This document shows, one piece after another, positions 13,565 through 24,464 of a DNA stretch of 64,000 bases. The stretch lies in the NCBI GenBank assembly GCA_046563655.1, contig JAJCTO010000011.1:124001-188000 (forward strand), given 5' to 3'. Below the pieces are notes generated by a model that was not told the origin of the DNA, did not search any database, and saw only the letters and a program-made list of their open reading frames with translations. The DNA comes from Yuukianura sp. NJ FZ-2021 (taxonomy: Eukaryota). The stretch's first letter is position 1; every line of letters begins with the position of its first letter. A program made the position numbers and the translations under genes.

Positions 13565-16500
13565 ATGGGAAAGTGGAAGTGTAACTGCAGATGCGGTTGT
13601 TCTCGCTGGAATGCTTCCAATACTCGAGCCTACTACGTTGACGGGAGGTGTCGTAGTATTTGCGGAAAATGTTTTGCTGCTGTGAGGAATGCGTCGGGAC
13701 TTATTAAAAACCCGAGAATTCAACAAAAAGGTATGAAAATATATGATATGACACTTCAACTAATCGAATGATGTAAGCTAACCAGTTTTAACAGCTTTTT
13801 TGGTCACTTTCTAAACGGGTCACGCCCAATTTTATTCAATTTTTTTTCTTTTTCAGAGTTGAACGGTGACGACTCGGGAAATGTACCTAGGCTTCCATTG
13901 GCTCCTTCTCATGGAATGAACTTGAACGGTGACGACTCGGCTTCTGTACCACGGCTCCCATTGGCTCCTTCTCATGGCTTGAAAACGAACGTTGACGACC
14001 TGGCTTCTGTACCACGGCTCCCATTGGCTCCTTCTCATGGACTGAACTTGAACGGTGACGACTCGGCTTCTGTACCACGGCTTCCATCGGCTTCCTCTTC
14101 TGGCTTGAAAACGAACGTTGACGACCTGGCTTCTGTACCACGGCTCCCATTGGCTCCTTCTCATGGACTGAACTTGAACGGTGACGACTCGGCTTCTGTA
14201 CCACGGCTTCCATCGGCTTCCTCTTCTGGCTTGAACACGAACGGTGACGACTTGGCTTCTGTTCCCCGGCTTCCATCGGCTTCTTCTCATGGACTGAACT
14301 TGAACGGTGACGACTCGGCATCTGTACCACGGCTCCCATTGGCTTCTTTTACCATTGACGACCTGACCTTTTTGGCTCAATTACGTACTCTCGGGCTTAC
14401 ATTCCGTTCAATGCTTGGTGATGGGTAATGAACAAATCTAAATAAAAATCTAACCATACTGTATGCATCTTCTCGTTTCTAGAAATTGCTTGTTCAGAAG
14501 TTTGTCAGATCAATTCGACGGTAGCGACATCCACCATTCGAAACATCGCGAAGCCGTGGTCAACTTTATGCTCCAAAATCGTCGTGACTTCGAAGATTTC
14601 CTTGAAGAAGAATACGATTTTGATGAATACCGTAATTGCTTCAGCTTTATTATACAGTTTTGTGCTTTATTAGTTTGTGGTAACGTTTAATGCTCTGTAT
14701 CCTAGTGCAAGAACTCTCGAAACTCGGTACTTATGCTGGAAACGACGCAATTGCCGCATTCTGTAGATTGAACAATGTCATGGTTGTCGTTCACCAACTC
14801 GATAGAACTCCGCTGAAGCTCAGTACTAACGCAGAAAATTCAACTCCAAACCGCGAATTGCATATCTCCTACCACAATGGTGAGTATATAATTCAAATCC
14901 AACAAACATATTACCAGGAGACAACCAACCATAAATTACATTAACGTTTTCTCCCCAGGAAATCACTACAACAGCGTTCGCCAAATTGGTGACGTCTCCT
15001 TTCTGCCACAGAGTTTCAGAATGTTCACGTTTCAGCAACACGAATCGGCCTTAGAGCACGAGCCATCAATAGAAGTAGATTCTTCCGAAGACTGCTTAAT
15101 TGATGCTGAAGACGTTGAGAATTCATCTCAGCATTCTATTTCCGCCGCTGTGTCTATATGTGACTTCTCAATGCAACTTTCAGTTCGACACGAAGCGAAG
15201 ATCCGGCTTCCTGATTTATCCACGTGCCGTTCGACTCAAAAACGTTGCTTCTTGTGTGGTGATCGAAACGGGAGAGGCCGAGTACCTAAGATGGCAATTG
15301 ATGACGCCTGGAGAAGAAAGAAAATTGTCATTCCAGTCAATAATCGCTGCTGCAAGTCCCACCTCCGGTACTCCAGGCTAACTGAAGATGCGCTAGAGCT
15401 TTTACGTCCAATCAAACCATTTCTGGATACTACACCTGAAGCCGCATCTCGCTGGATCTACGGCTTGACAAGTTATTTGCCATCCACAAACCTTCGCGTG
15501 GATTTCGCAATCGACTCGGACTTATCAGATGATGACTACTACCTCCTGCTTGGCGTGTCTCGAGAAGACTTTCAAGAATTGATGTCTTTCAGTCATGGCT
15601 TGCGGTCCAGCCGAAATCGTACGAGACGAAATGCCGTAGCAATGCTGTTGATGAAGCTTCGTCTGAACCTGAGCCTCAACTTTCTGGGATTCCTCTTCGG
15701 GATAAAAAGCAAATCCGTCGTCAGCGACATCATCAAGGCAGCGTCTACAACACTGGAGGAAAACTTCGTTCCACGATATCTGGGATACCAACACAAGTCC
15801 AGAGAAGAAATTCTTTCGCAGCACACGGTGAAATCATTTCAAAGACTACTCCAACATGACGAAGATGTATTGGTGGTGGTCATGGATGGAACGTACTTTT
15901 ACGTCCAACGACCTGCGGACCACAAAGATCAGAGGATGCTGTACTCCTTGCAGAAGCTTCGTCACTTGGTGAAGTTTATGACGGTTGTGACCAGTACTGG
16001 CTACATAATTGAATGCGAGGGGCCATTTGGAGCGGACAACGGGAACAATGACTCCACAATTCTCAAGGCCATGATGAAGAGCGAGGATTCGTCAATTCTG
16101 CAGTTGTTCGAGATCGGGGACGTGGCCGTACTGGATCGTGGCTTCCGCGATGTTGTGGATGAACTGGAGGACCATCAGGTCTGGAGTTACTTGCCAGCAT
16201 TCCTACCTCGGGACAGAAAGAAGTTTTCGACTGAAGAGGGAAATAAGTCAAGACAGGTGACAATGCTGCGTTGGGTCGTGGAAGCCGTCCATGGGAAAAT
16301 CAAGAACAAGAGCCATCTTCTGGATTCAGTGATTTCAAACTCCCTTCTTCCAAAAATCCGAACGTTTGTCAGAATCCAGTGCGCTTTGATCAACGCTTTT
16401 TCGCCGCCAGTTTTTGAGAGTTCGGAGGACCACAATGGACTGGTGGACGCGGCACTGAAGTTACTGCACGGTCAGAACGCCCTGGAAGCGGAAGTGACAT

Positions 16501-16991
16501 CGAAACGACTTGCAACTAAAAGAATCATTTGGAAATTGGCTTCTCCTTCTGACGTGCCTGAGTTTCCCGTGTTGACCCCGAACCAACTTAAGTTGTTGAC
16601 ACTTGGAACATACCAGCTCCAGCAGGCAAGTCGCTACACGCGGGAACATGTTCGAGAAGATGGATCCTACAAGTTTTTCATCCACGTGGAAGAAGCTACT
16701 CTTCTATGCGCGAAAATTGAATCCAGGCACTGCAAACGCCAGGCACACAATGTCTTCCTGAGGTACATCCCACATGGAGACACACCGGAGTCAATTACAG
16801 GATGGTTTTGTACTTGCAAGGCTGGGTCGAGAACGTTGGGATGCTGTAGCCACATTGCTTCAGTAATTTGGTTTCTGTCATTTGCACGCCATCATCCGGA
16901 AGCTGTACCGAAGAGGAGGTCACTTAGCTCCTTTATACTTGATGCTGCCCAAGAATTGGAGCAGTCGGAACAAGATGAAGATTCCGAATAG
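13565..16991 (+). CDS. OTU deubiquitinase-DDE transposase-SWIM fusion protein, 1029 aa; predicted exons 13565-13730, 13857-14424, 14483-14631, 14706-14879, 14959-16991
   Basis: All four introns are GT-AG with matching phases, and the joined length is 3090 nt. Splicing rebuilds GDGNCLFRSLSDQ, GTYAGNDAIAAF and ELHISYHNGNHYNSVR (OTUD3-like). This continues in frame into the DDE_Tnp_4-type core (VMDGTY, VLDRGF, RWVVEAVHG; DD48E) and the C-terminal SWIM-like FCTCKAG..GCCSH. Confidence 0.88.
13857..14345 (+). repeat. Coding 63-bp tandem repeat, 8 copies (21-aa LNLNGDDSASVPRLPLAPSHG-type)
   Basis: ttgaacggtgacgactcg occurs at 13859, 13922 and 14048. There are eight VPRLP cores with partly alternating A/B variants. 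Confidence 0.92.
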
Positions 16992-17331
16992 CGTATACTT
17001 ATTTTGAGTATCCACTTAGCTTGTGTACAAAACCTTGAAATCTAATCTAAAATCTCCATTTCTACATTTTTCTTGAATAAACCCGTATATCTGAAGAAAG
17101 ATTGAACTACATCGCTTTTTTAATACAATGACTTTTAAATAATTAATCATGTTATCAATTAATTTACTTTAATATAATTATTGAGGCGTAGTATAATTAC
17201 TAACTTCATCCGAGAAAAATATTCTACCTTCGATTTAGAAAAAAACATTCAAAACGTAAAAAATTAATAATTATTTCTGCATAAAAATAAAGTACATAAT
17301 AAATACTAATTAAAACGTACGTATAATCATG

Positions 17332-17436
17332 AAAAAAAAAATGCCGGACCCCGGGGTAGGGGTCCGGGGTGGGCCTCGATCCTCCGCCCCGTGAAAGGGA
17401 GCACGAGCACTCCAGCATCCCGCTGGGAGACCCACC
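17332..17436 (-). ncRNA. Putative structured small RNA module inside the transposon 3' region
   Basis: GC-rich island in AT-rich DNA. On the minus strand, ggtgggtctc pairs with gaggcccacc (one G.U). There is an inner hairpin ccagc/gctgg and a B-box-like ggatcgaggcc, then a perfect 9-bp hairpin ccggacccc/ggggtccgg followed by T10. Confidence 0.4.
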
Positions 17437-20400
17437 AATTAAAATGTGATGTCAAAATCTTCATGCTACTCGAGTAGATTAGGATTTTTGGTCAGCTTAT
17501 TAGGGACTCTTATCAAATTATTTTTACTTTAATAAAAACGGATTATTTAAAAATTCATCGCTGTCGCAACGTTGGAAATGTGAAACAAACAATAATTAAT
17601 GTCAACAATTGCTCGGGGGCCCAGGCGATTATGTAGAAAGTATATGAATGGGGGCCCAAAAACGCGCACTAATCGTACCCCTTCTTTAACCGTTAAAAAA
17701 AAGGAAAAAGTTGAAATTGCATTTAAAAAATTGCATTCTTAACATGAACTTTAGCTATTCGCATTTAAGGAGTGATTTCATATTGATGGGAGGAGATTGC
17801 ATATTTTACGAGTATATGCGTTCAGCATAGGCGAGGAAATACGGTAATAATCTCCTTAAAACCACTTTTCCTCTTTTCGCATTATTTTGCACGATTGCAG
17901 AAAGGAAGGTGGGGAGGCAGGGCGAGGTCGTTCACACTTTGCCAACAAAGTCTTTGCTAAAAACCAAGGTCCAGCAACACAAACTTTGGCGCAAGGGATA
18001 ACACTAATCGAGTCTAACTTAAACCCTGGACTTCTCTCTGTCAAACTCTACAAAATTCAAATCAAACACTTTGCCTAGTTCAGCAGAACAAAAACGAAAA
18101 GAGATAAAAACACTCGACCTAATTGATCCAAACATCCTCCTCCATCCAGCAGAATCCTTTCAAAAGTTCCAAGTCAAAAGATTTTTCCAAAGATACAAAT
18201 CAAGAGCATAAACCAATCTTAGCTTGTCTTTGCAAAAATGTTTCAAATTGGCAACGGCCGTGTCAAATTCCTTGAGATCATCTGAGCAGAACTTTTCTCA
18301 ATTTTGCCAAAAAAAAAAGACGAGGAGGAAGGTTGGCTCCTGCGAGGCCACTGTGCAACGAATTTATGGGTTTGGGAAAATCATTTAGCAGAGAGGAAGA
18401 TGTCAAATATAAACGGAATTCGCCAATTCCTTGATCGCAAAATTCCCATCATTCCAATTTCCTTCCACATTCGAACTCTGTGTTTCCCATACCAACTTCC
18501 TCCTTAAACCCAATCAAAAATTCCATCCTCGACTTGAGCAAAGAGGCGCCAAATTCAAAGAAATTAGATTCCGCTGGAAATTGAGAACGGCACGATTCGT
18601 TTTTCTACATGAGCATTATGCTCAGGCGCAAGGCTCTCTAACGTGCCCTGAAATCCCAAGTGACTTCAAAAACCATCAAAAATTGCTCATCTCATCCTAC
18701 TGCCGAAAAATTTTCAAAAAAAAAATTCTGCCTGATTTTTCAGTTTGAAGTGACATTTCCTAGGATGACTGACTTTTCAAAGCACACAATGTACAGTAGT
18801 CCAGTTAAGTACTTGGTTGTTATTGCAAAAAATGAGACACGGAGATGTCCGATTCCTTGACACGGGAAGACAAATACTAAAAAGCTTTTTACCTGTTTCT
18901 ATGCTATTTTCTTTTCATTTAAAGACGTGGACTTGTGGTGGGATAGTGCGGTGTGACAATGAAGTGAGGGACTTAAGGCGTGAAAGTGGCAGTTGACAAA
19001 TGCTGCTCAGAGTCAACAAGAGCGTCTTCGTAAATGAACTTTCACTTGGAGGTGTTTCCTCCGAGGACTACAATTGGAGAATGATAAATTGGATGCTAGG
19101 CACGCCGGACGAAGCCTTCGGTTTCCTTTCACCAAGTCGCTTCGTGACCTCTCACGCCAAATGTCAAAAGTCAACTGACGAATAGCAAAAGTCCGAAATA
19201 TCGAAAATTTGCGACACCAAAAAGCGACTTCCTGTAGAAGCAGAGGGTGGACAGTTTGGAGCAGACTAAACTAGAAACTAATCGTAGCGAATTCAACCTC
19301 TCGAACAAAGTAATCCGACAGAACTGCCTCACTTCCGCTGATTCCCACTCATTCAGAGTGCAGCGAAAGTGGAAAGGAGGTGACCTTGGCTCGAATCTTT
19401 GTCCTCACAATCACAATCACAAAACAGCCAAATTACTGCAAATCACATTAAGTGGTACACTGTGATGTGTTTTGACTATAGAACATGTGGCAAATCAAAG
19501 ACACATACAGATTATGTAGGATTATGATTACAACTCTGTAATTCTTCCACTCACCTCCAAAAATGACTTTACCAAAGTAATCTCAAATTTGTCATCGAAT
19601 TCACTGAAACTGCAATTTGCACTGGACATGCGCAGAAACCAGTCAAGACTCTTCTACAACCAGAGTATTTGTAGTAGCAAATTGACGGAAAATGAATGAT
19701 GAAGTTGAGCGACACTTACTACACCACTACAAATGGTTCACTGCCAAGTTCATAACTGAGGACGTGGAATGGCCAATTGTGCCGCTAGTACAAGATAGTG
19801 TTCTTGATCTCCCTCACCGTCCTGTTCCTCCTCCTCATCGCAAAACCATTGTTCTTATTCTGACAAGCATGCACTACCTTCAAATGAAGTTGGCAAAACA
19901 ATGGAGCCCTTCCAGGAAGAACGCAAACAATAACATCACCAGCTCAACCCCCACAGTTCACTAACACCGCTAACATTCTTCCTCAACCTCAAAACCTTAC
20001 CAACACTTTCTTAAACGACTGATTTCCCTTTTAAAAAGAATCTTTAACAATCAAGCTCCGAATAACTTGTGAACCTGAACAGTATTCAACAAAATCAACA
20101 ACTCTTGACTTTTGTTTGGGAGTGTTAAGCAGGCAGATTGGCTGGATTGGGCTCATGCTCTTGCCATGTTAAATTACTTCACACATGGATGCTAAATCTA
20201 TAGCAGATACTTTTTAATCTCCTCGTCGAAATCAAATGGAAAACTTAACGTAGCTTCCATGTCATAAGGGAGATTCGAGAGAAGATGGACAAAGTATCCC
20301 AATACTCATGTGACGAAGAAGCAGAAAGTGTTGTAGTAAGTACAAGGTCACTCCGACCACAAATCGCAAAAACTGAATGTTCCCACGAATCCAATACACA

Positions 20401-22531
20401 TCACAAAACCATGTAGATCTGTCCCAGAAACAAGTGAAACATGGGGCCAGTGGGACAGGGGATTCTCAAGTATTGTGTACAGACGCAGTAATGCTAGTAT
20501 GTATTCCTCCAACTGAACACATTAGGTTGTTCCCTGTTTCTGCTTCAAGTTGGAAAATTGGTCGTGAGAAGAGTTGGCTCAAACAGGATTTGAGGATTTG
20601 ACCCCAACTGACCTGGACTCAAACCAGAAAGGAATGAGGGATTCCTACAAAAAAAGAAGAAGGAAGCAACGACCGGAGATTGCGGACTCTGCCATGCTCT
20701 CCACGTGCTAATTGCCATCACTCTCTCGTCGTGGTTGCTCACATCACATATCCCAGTCTGTCGACGCATCCGACCGAGAACCAGACCCTAATAATCCAAT
20801 CCAAACAATCAGAGTTCATCACTTAGAACACACTTTACTCCACTCGTCACTCGTGCGGAATACACATTTCCAATCTAACAACACATTCTTATTCTTTCGA
20901 CGAAAAGGAAAATTATCCCGTCTTCTCTTGCGTTGCAATTTTTCCAAAACCTAATCTCCCGAAAGTAGCACACCCACACTACACTCAACTTCAAAACCAT
21001 TAACCTTTGATTTTCGATTAAAAAAGGATTGTTTTCGCAAAAATTCTGCTCAAAGGTCTACTGCTTTCCCGTTAAATACTTTTAAAACTAAATTAATTGA
21101 TGATTTTTAAAACAATACACACTAAAAACAGCAACCATGAAAACCCTTGCTTCTTTCTTTTGCTTAAGTTTAACCTCTGTTTTTGCTTTAAAGCACCACT
21201 GCATAACCTAACCACTGCATACAGAATAAGAAGGAAACGGACAGACAGACAGACTGCGACGTAACCATAATGTGGCTTATTTTAAATAGGGTAGTGTGAA
21301 TGCATTCAAACTTCCAAAAAATAACGAGGCGAATTCACAACTTGTGAAGGTCAAGAAAACATGTGATAAACCCATTGTCAATTTTAGCACTCTGGTAAGA
21401 TTTTTTTTCCGCGAGTAAGTATTCTGCACAAAGACAAGGATGAAGAGTGTATTGTTATTTTGTCATGCAAACGAAAGTGTTAAGCCATCCTGCACCGACT
21501 TCCGCTTCCTTCGACCTGTCTTTGCTTAAACAATGCAATCAAAAATTTTAACAATGAGATGGAAATTTTCAACTTGAGTTAAATCGATTGAAGTGCACGA
21601 CTTTCCACATAAACAAGGGATAACGAGGACGACAAAACAAACGAAACGACTGCAAGTAAAAATGAGTGTTGTCAAAAGCAAACAAAGGGATCACATTGCT
21701 GCAGTAGTGTGTCATTGTGTCCTTGTCAAACGCCGCTTTAATCAAAAATCTGGAACATTTCTAGTCAGAAACCGAGGTTTCCAATAATTCGCCACATGAC
21801 AAATTGACAAACGCGTTCCATTGTCCCATACAAATTCAAAGACCCGCATAATCTCAAGTGGGGACAAAGCAAGCGACCACAAAACCGCCGGTGAAAACGT
21901 AATAAATAACGATTGTGGCCTCCCCATGCCACTCTCAGAACACGACAGCAGAGACTCCTTGTCATTAAACCAGTTAATGAAAGCCCTTCATTTGCTTGGT
22001 CTGGGGTGCCTACAAGAATCTTTAATTGACTTCACAACTCTCAAACTGTAACTCTCATCCTGAAAACATACAAGTCCCACCCTAAAACACAGAAGTCGGT
22101 TCGGAAGATAATTGCACTAATTGACATTCGGCATTGTCAAACCAAACCACAACCTAATCTGTAGCACACGACTTGGGAAATAATGAGTTCCCTGAGTTGG
22201 CATACAGCATTACAATCATGCCGCCATTTTAAGTTGACACTTACAACTAATCAAAATGACCTGATCAGTGCGCAGTCGCATTAGGAGAAATCCAAATTAA
22301 AGTCTTCCATTCACTTCTGAATGTAAAGGTTTACAAAAATATGATACCCAGCAACTGTATCATGCAAGTTCAGCAGTACTGGGACTGCAATGATATTGAA
22401 TTCGCTTAAGACTTTCTCATGCTGAAGAAAACTCCACAGCTTTTCTCCGTCTTTTGAAACGAATTGAATCCGCCTCCTGACCAGCGTCCACCTTTGTAAA
22501 ACCGAAACCGACGTGTGTCTGTGATCTACTT

Positions 22532-23186
22532 GACTCGCCGACAGAAGTGGACAGACAAAAGTGGATTCTTACAAAAGTGGATATTTTACAAATCCTACTT
22601 TACAAATCCGTACCCTACAAAAGTGGATACTTACAGAAGTGGATCCTTACAGAAGTGGATCCCTACAAAAGAGTACCCTTACAAAAGAGGATTCCTACAA
22701 AAGTGGACCCTTACAAAAGAGGAAATCGACAAAAGTGGATATGTTTCCTGGTAGTCAACCTACTACACTAACATTGTTTACGTAACCTAACCTAACCTAA
22801 CCTAAGGAAAACCAACATAAAAAAAAACATAACCTTGACCTGAACCAAAAGTCATTAAACTCGAATACTTAACCATGTACTTAACCAATGTACTTAACCA
22901 AACCTACCATAAAGAAAGTAGAAAGAGAATTAAAATTATTAAAAGTGCCTAAAATAATAATGTTTTTTCCGAAGCACAAAATTACTAACCAAAAGTATAA
23001 TAATTCAATATCCACTTTTGTCGCAATCCTCTTTTGTAAGGGTCCACTTTTGTAGGGATCCACTTCTGTAAGGATCCACTTTTGTAAGTATCCTCTTTTG
23101 TAGGGTACGGATTTGTAAAGTAGGATTTGTAAAATATCCACTTTTGTAAGAGTCCACTTTTGTCTATCCACTTCTGTCGGCGGACC
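22532..23186. mobile_element. Foldback-type MITE whose TIRs are made of tandem subrepeats, 8-bp TSD
   Basis: TSD atctactt at 22524-31 and 23187-94. Arms of acaaaagtggat-type repeats are inverted across the element. The centre contains (taacc)n. Confidence 0.8.
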
Positions 23187-23584
23187 ATCTACTTTGTGTG
23201 TTCCCTCTTTCAAGGAAGTAATGGACTCGAAACTCTCGAGTTCTGGAGATGTCGATGTCATCTCTTCCTTTTTACTTTGATGTCTAATGACAGTTCCTTT
23301 TACAAAAGAAATGCTCTCATCTCATTCTCATCCGACCTCGTCAACCAATAACCAACATCAAGCTCCGCTCTTCTGAAGTATATTAATGCTGACTAACCTT
23401 ATTATTCCCAATACTATGCTTCTAATAATTCACTGTCACAAAGTATCCTTATTGTTGACCGGCCGTAGTCTGGTTGACCTTCGGTGGAAGTCACCAATTA
23501 CTTGAACTCAATAACTTAAACACCAATTACAAGTTTTCTGAGTTCCGGAGAAATGAACTTAGTACGCCAAGAAAGAGATTACGG

Positions 23585-24464
23585 GGTTGGAGAGTAGATC
23601 CGCAGTCTGTTTTTCTTAGTCGTTTTTTCGACATGGACATGCTCCATGATAACCGAAAAAATGACCTATACAAAAGTTGTTCCTCTTGAAAAGATAAGCA
23701 ACTTTTACGGGAACCATTTTTCTCTGTGACCTTTCCTTGAGGTCACAGGTCAAGGTCAAAAGGGTGTTCCCTGACAACCCACAAAATGGTCCCTACAAAA
23801 GTTGTTCCTCTCCTCAAAAGCTACAACTTTCATTAAGACCATTTTTGTCTGTGACCCTTTCTTCGGGTCAAAGGTCAAGGTCAACTAAGAATCTCCTGAC
23901 AATCGAAAAAATGACTTGTACAAAAGTTGTTCAGTTCAATGAGTAGATCATTTTTTGTCCTATGACCTATGACCCTGTGACGGCTCCCTGAGGCTATAAG
24001 TTAGGTTTTTTTAAACCTCGAATCCAGAAGACGTACCTTCACCTTGAGATGACACCTCAGGGAGTCGTCACAGGGTCATAGGTCATAGGACAAAAAATGA
24101 TCTACTCATTGAACTGAACAACTTTTGTACAAGTCATTTTTTCGATTGTCAGGAGATTCTTAGTTGACCTTGACCTTTGACCCGAAGAAAGGGTCACAGA
24201 CAAAAATGGTCTTAATGAAAGTTGTAGCTTTTGAGGAGAGGAACAACTTTTGTAGGGACTATTTTGTGGGTTGTCAGGGAACACCCCTTTTGACCTTGAC
24301 CTGTGACCTCAAGGAAAGGTCACAGAGAAAAATGGTTCCCGTAAAAGTTGCTTATCTTTTCAAGAGGAACAACTTTTGTATAGGTCATTTTTTCGGTTAT
24401 CATGGAGCATGTCCATGTCGAAAAAACGACTAAGAAAAACAGACTGCGGATCTACTCTCCAACC
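23585..24464. mobile_element. Foldback element, 880 bp, ~405-bp near-perfect TIRs, 8-bp TSD
   Basis: Ends are ggttggagagtagatccgcag...ctgcggatctactctccaacc. TSD gattacgg at 23577-84 and 24465-72. The spacer is only ~60 bp (~23992-24054). Confidence 0.9.

Larger units (their letters stand above)
13093..17684 (+). mobile_element. Autonomous-looking PHIS-superfamily (Spy-like insertion signature) DNA transposon
   Basis: Imperfect ~35-40 bp TIRs: ggacgctttcgattattggcgcgaactgggccc versus reverse-complement gaaggggtacgattagtgcgcgtttttgggccc. Both begin 5'-GR. Flanks are AAA (13090-92) and TTT (17685-87) with no TSD. Encloses a DDE transposase gene. The left end is shared with 5593-5852. Confidence 0.8.
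12680..17844. mobile_element. TA-flanked Tc1/mariner/pogo-type MITE (~570 bp without its insert) that hosts the Spy-like element
   Basis: ta|ccgtatttcct at 12678-12690 is inverted to aggaaatacgg|ta at 17834-17846. Confidence 0.55.

Noticed and set aside
15021..17436. Fanzor/TnpB-type RNA-guided nuclease
   Set aside because: No RuvC motifs were recognised. The C-terminal Cys/His cluster fits a SWIM finger.
17332..17436. tRNA (including tRNA-Sec, from a TCA-containing loop), 5S or SRP RNA gene
   Set aside because: No canonical cloverleaf or T-loop placement, and no convincing similarity. Kept only as an unknown structured module.
13190..17696. ttaacggttaa / ttaaccgttaa as TIRs, or a TTAA TSD (Kolobok/piggyBac)
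   Set aside because: Homology with 5593-5852 extends the left end to 13093, and a longer imperfect TIR pairs 13093 with 17684. The transposase is PIF/Harbinger-type.
17850..22500. Short ORFs in the long region upstream of Fam20C
   Set aside because: No recognisable domains or coherent exon chain. Probably intronic or intergenic.
22783..22804. (TAACC)n as a telomere remnant
   Set aside because: Only ~4 copies, located in the centre of a MITE.
22515..24433. ORFs overlapping the foldback elements
   Set aside because: They are low-complexity or mirrored translations of TIR subrepeats.
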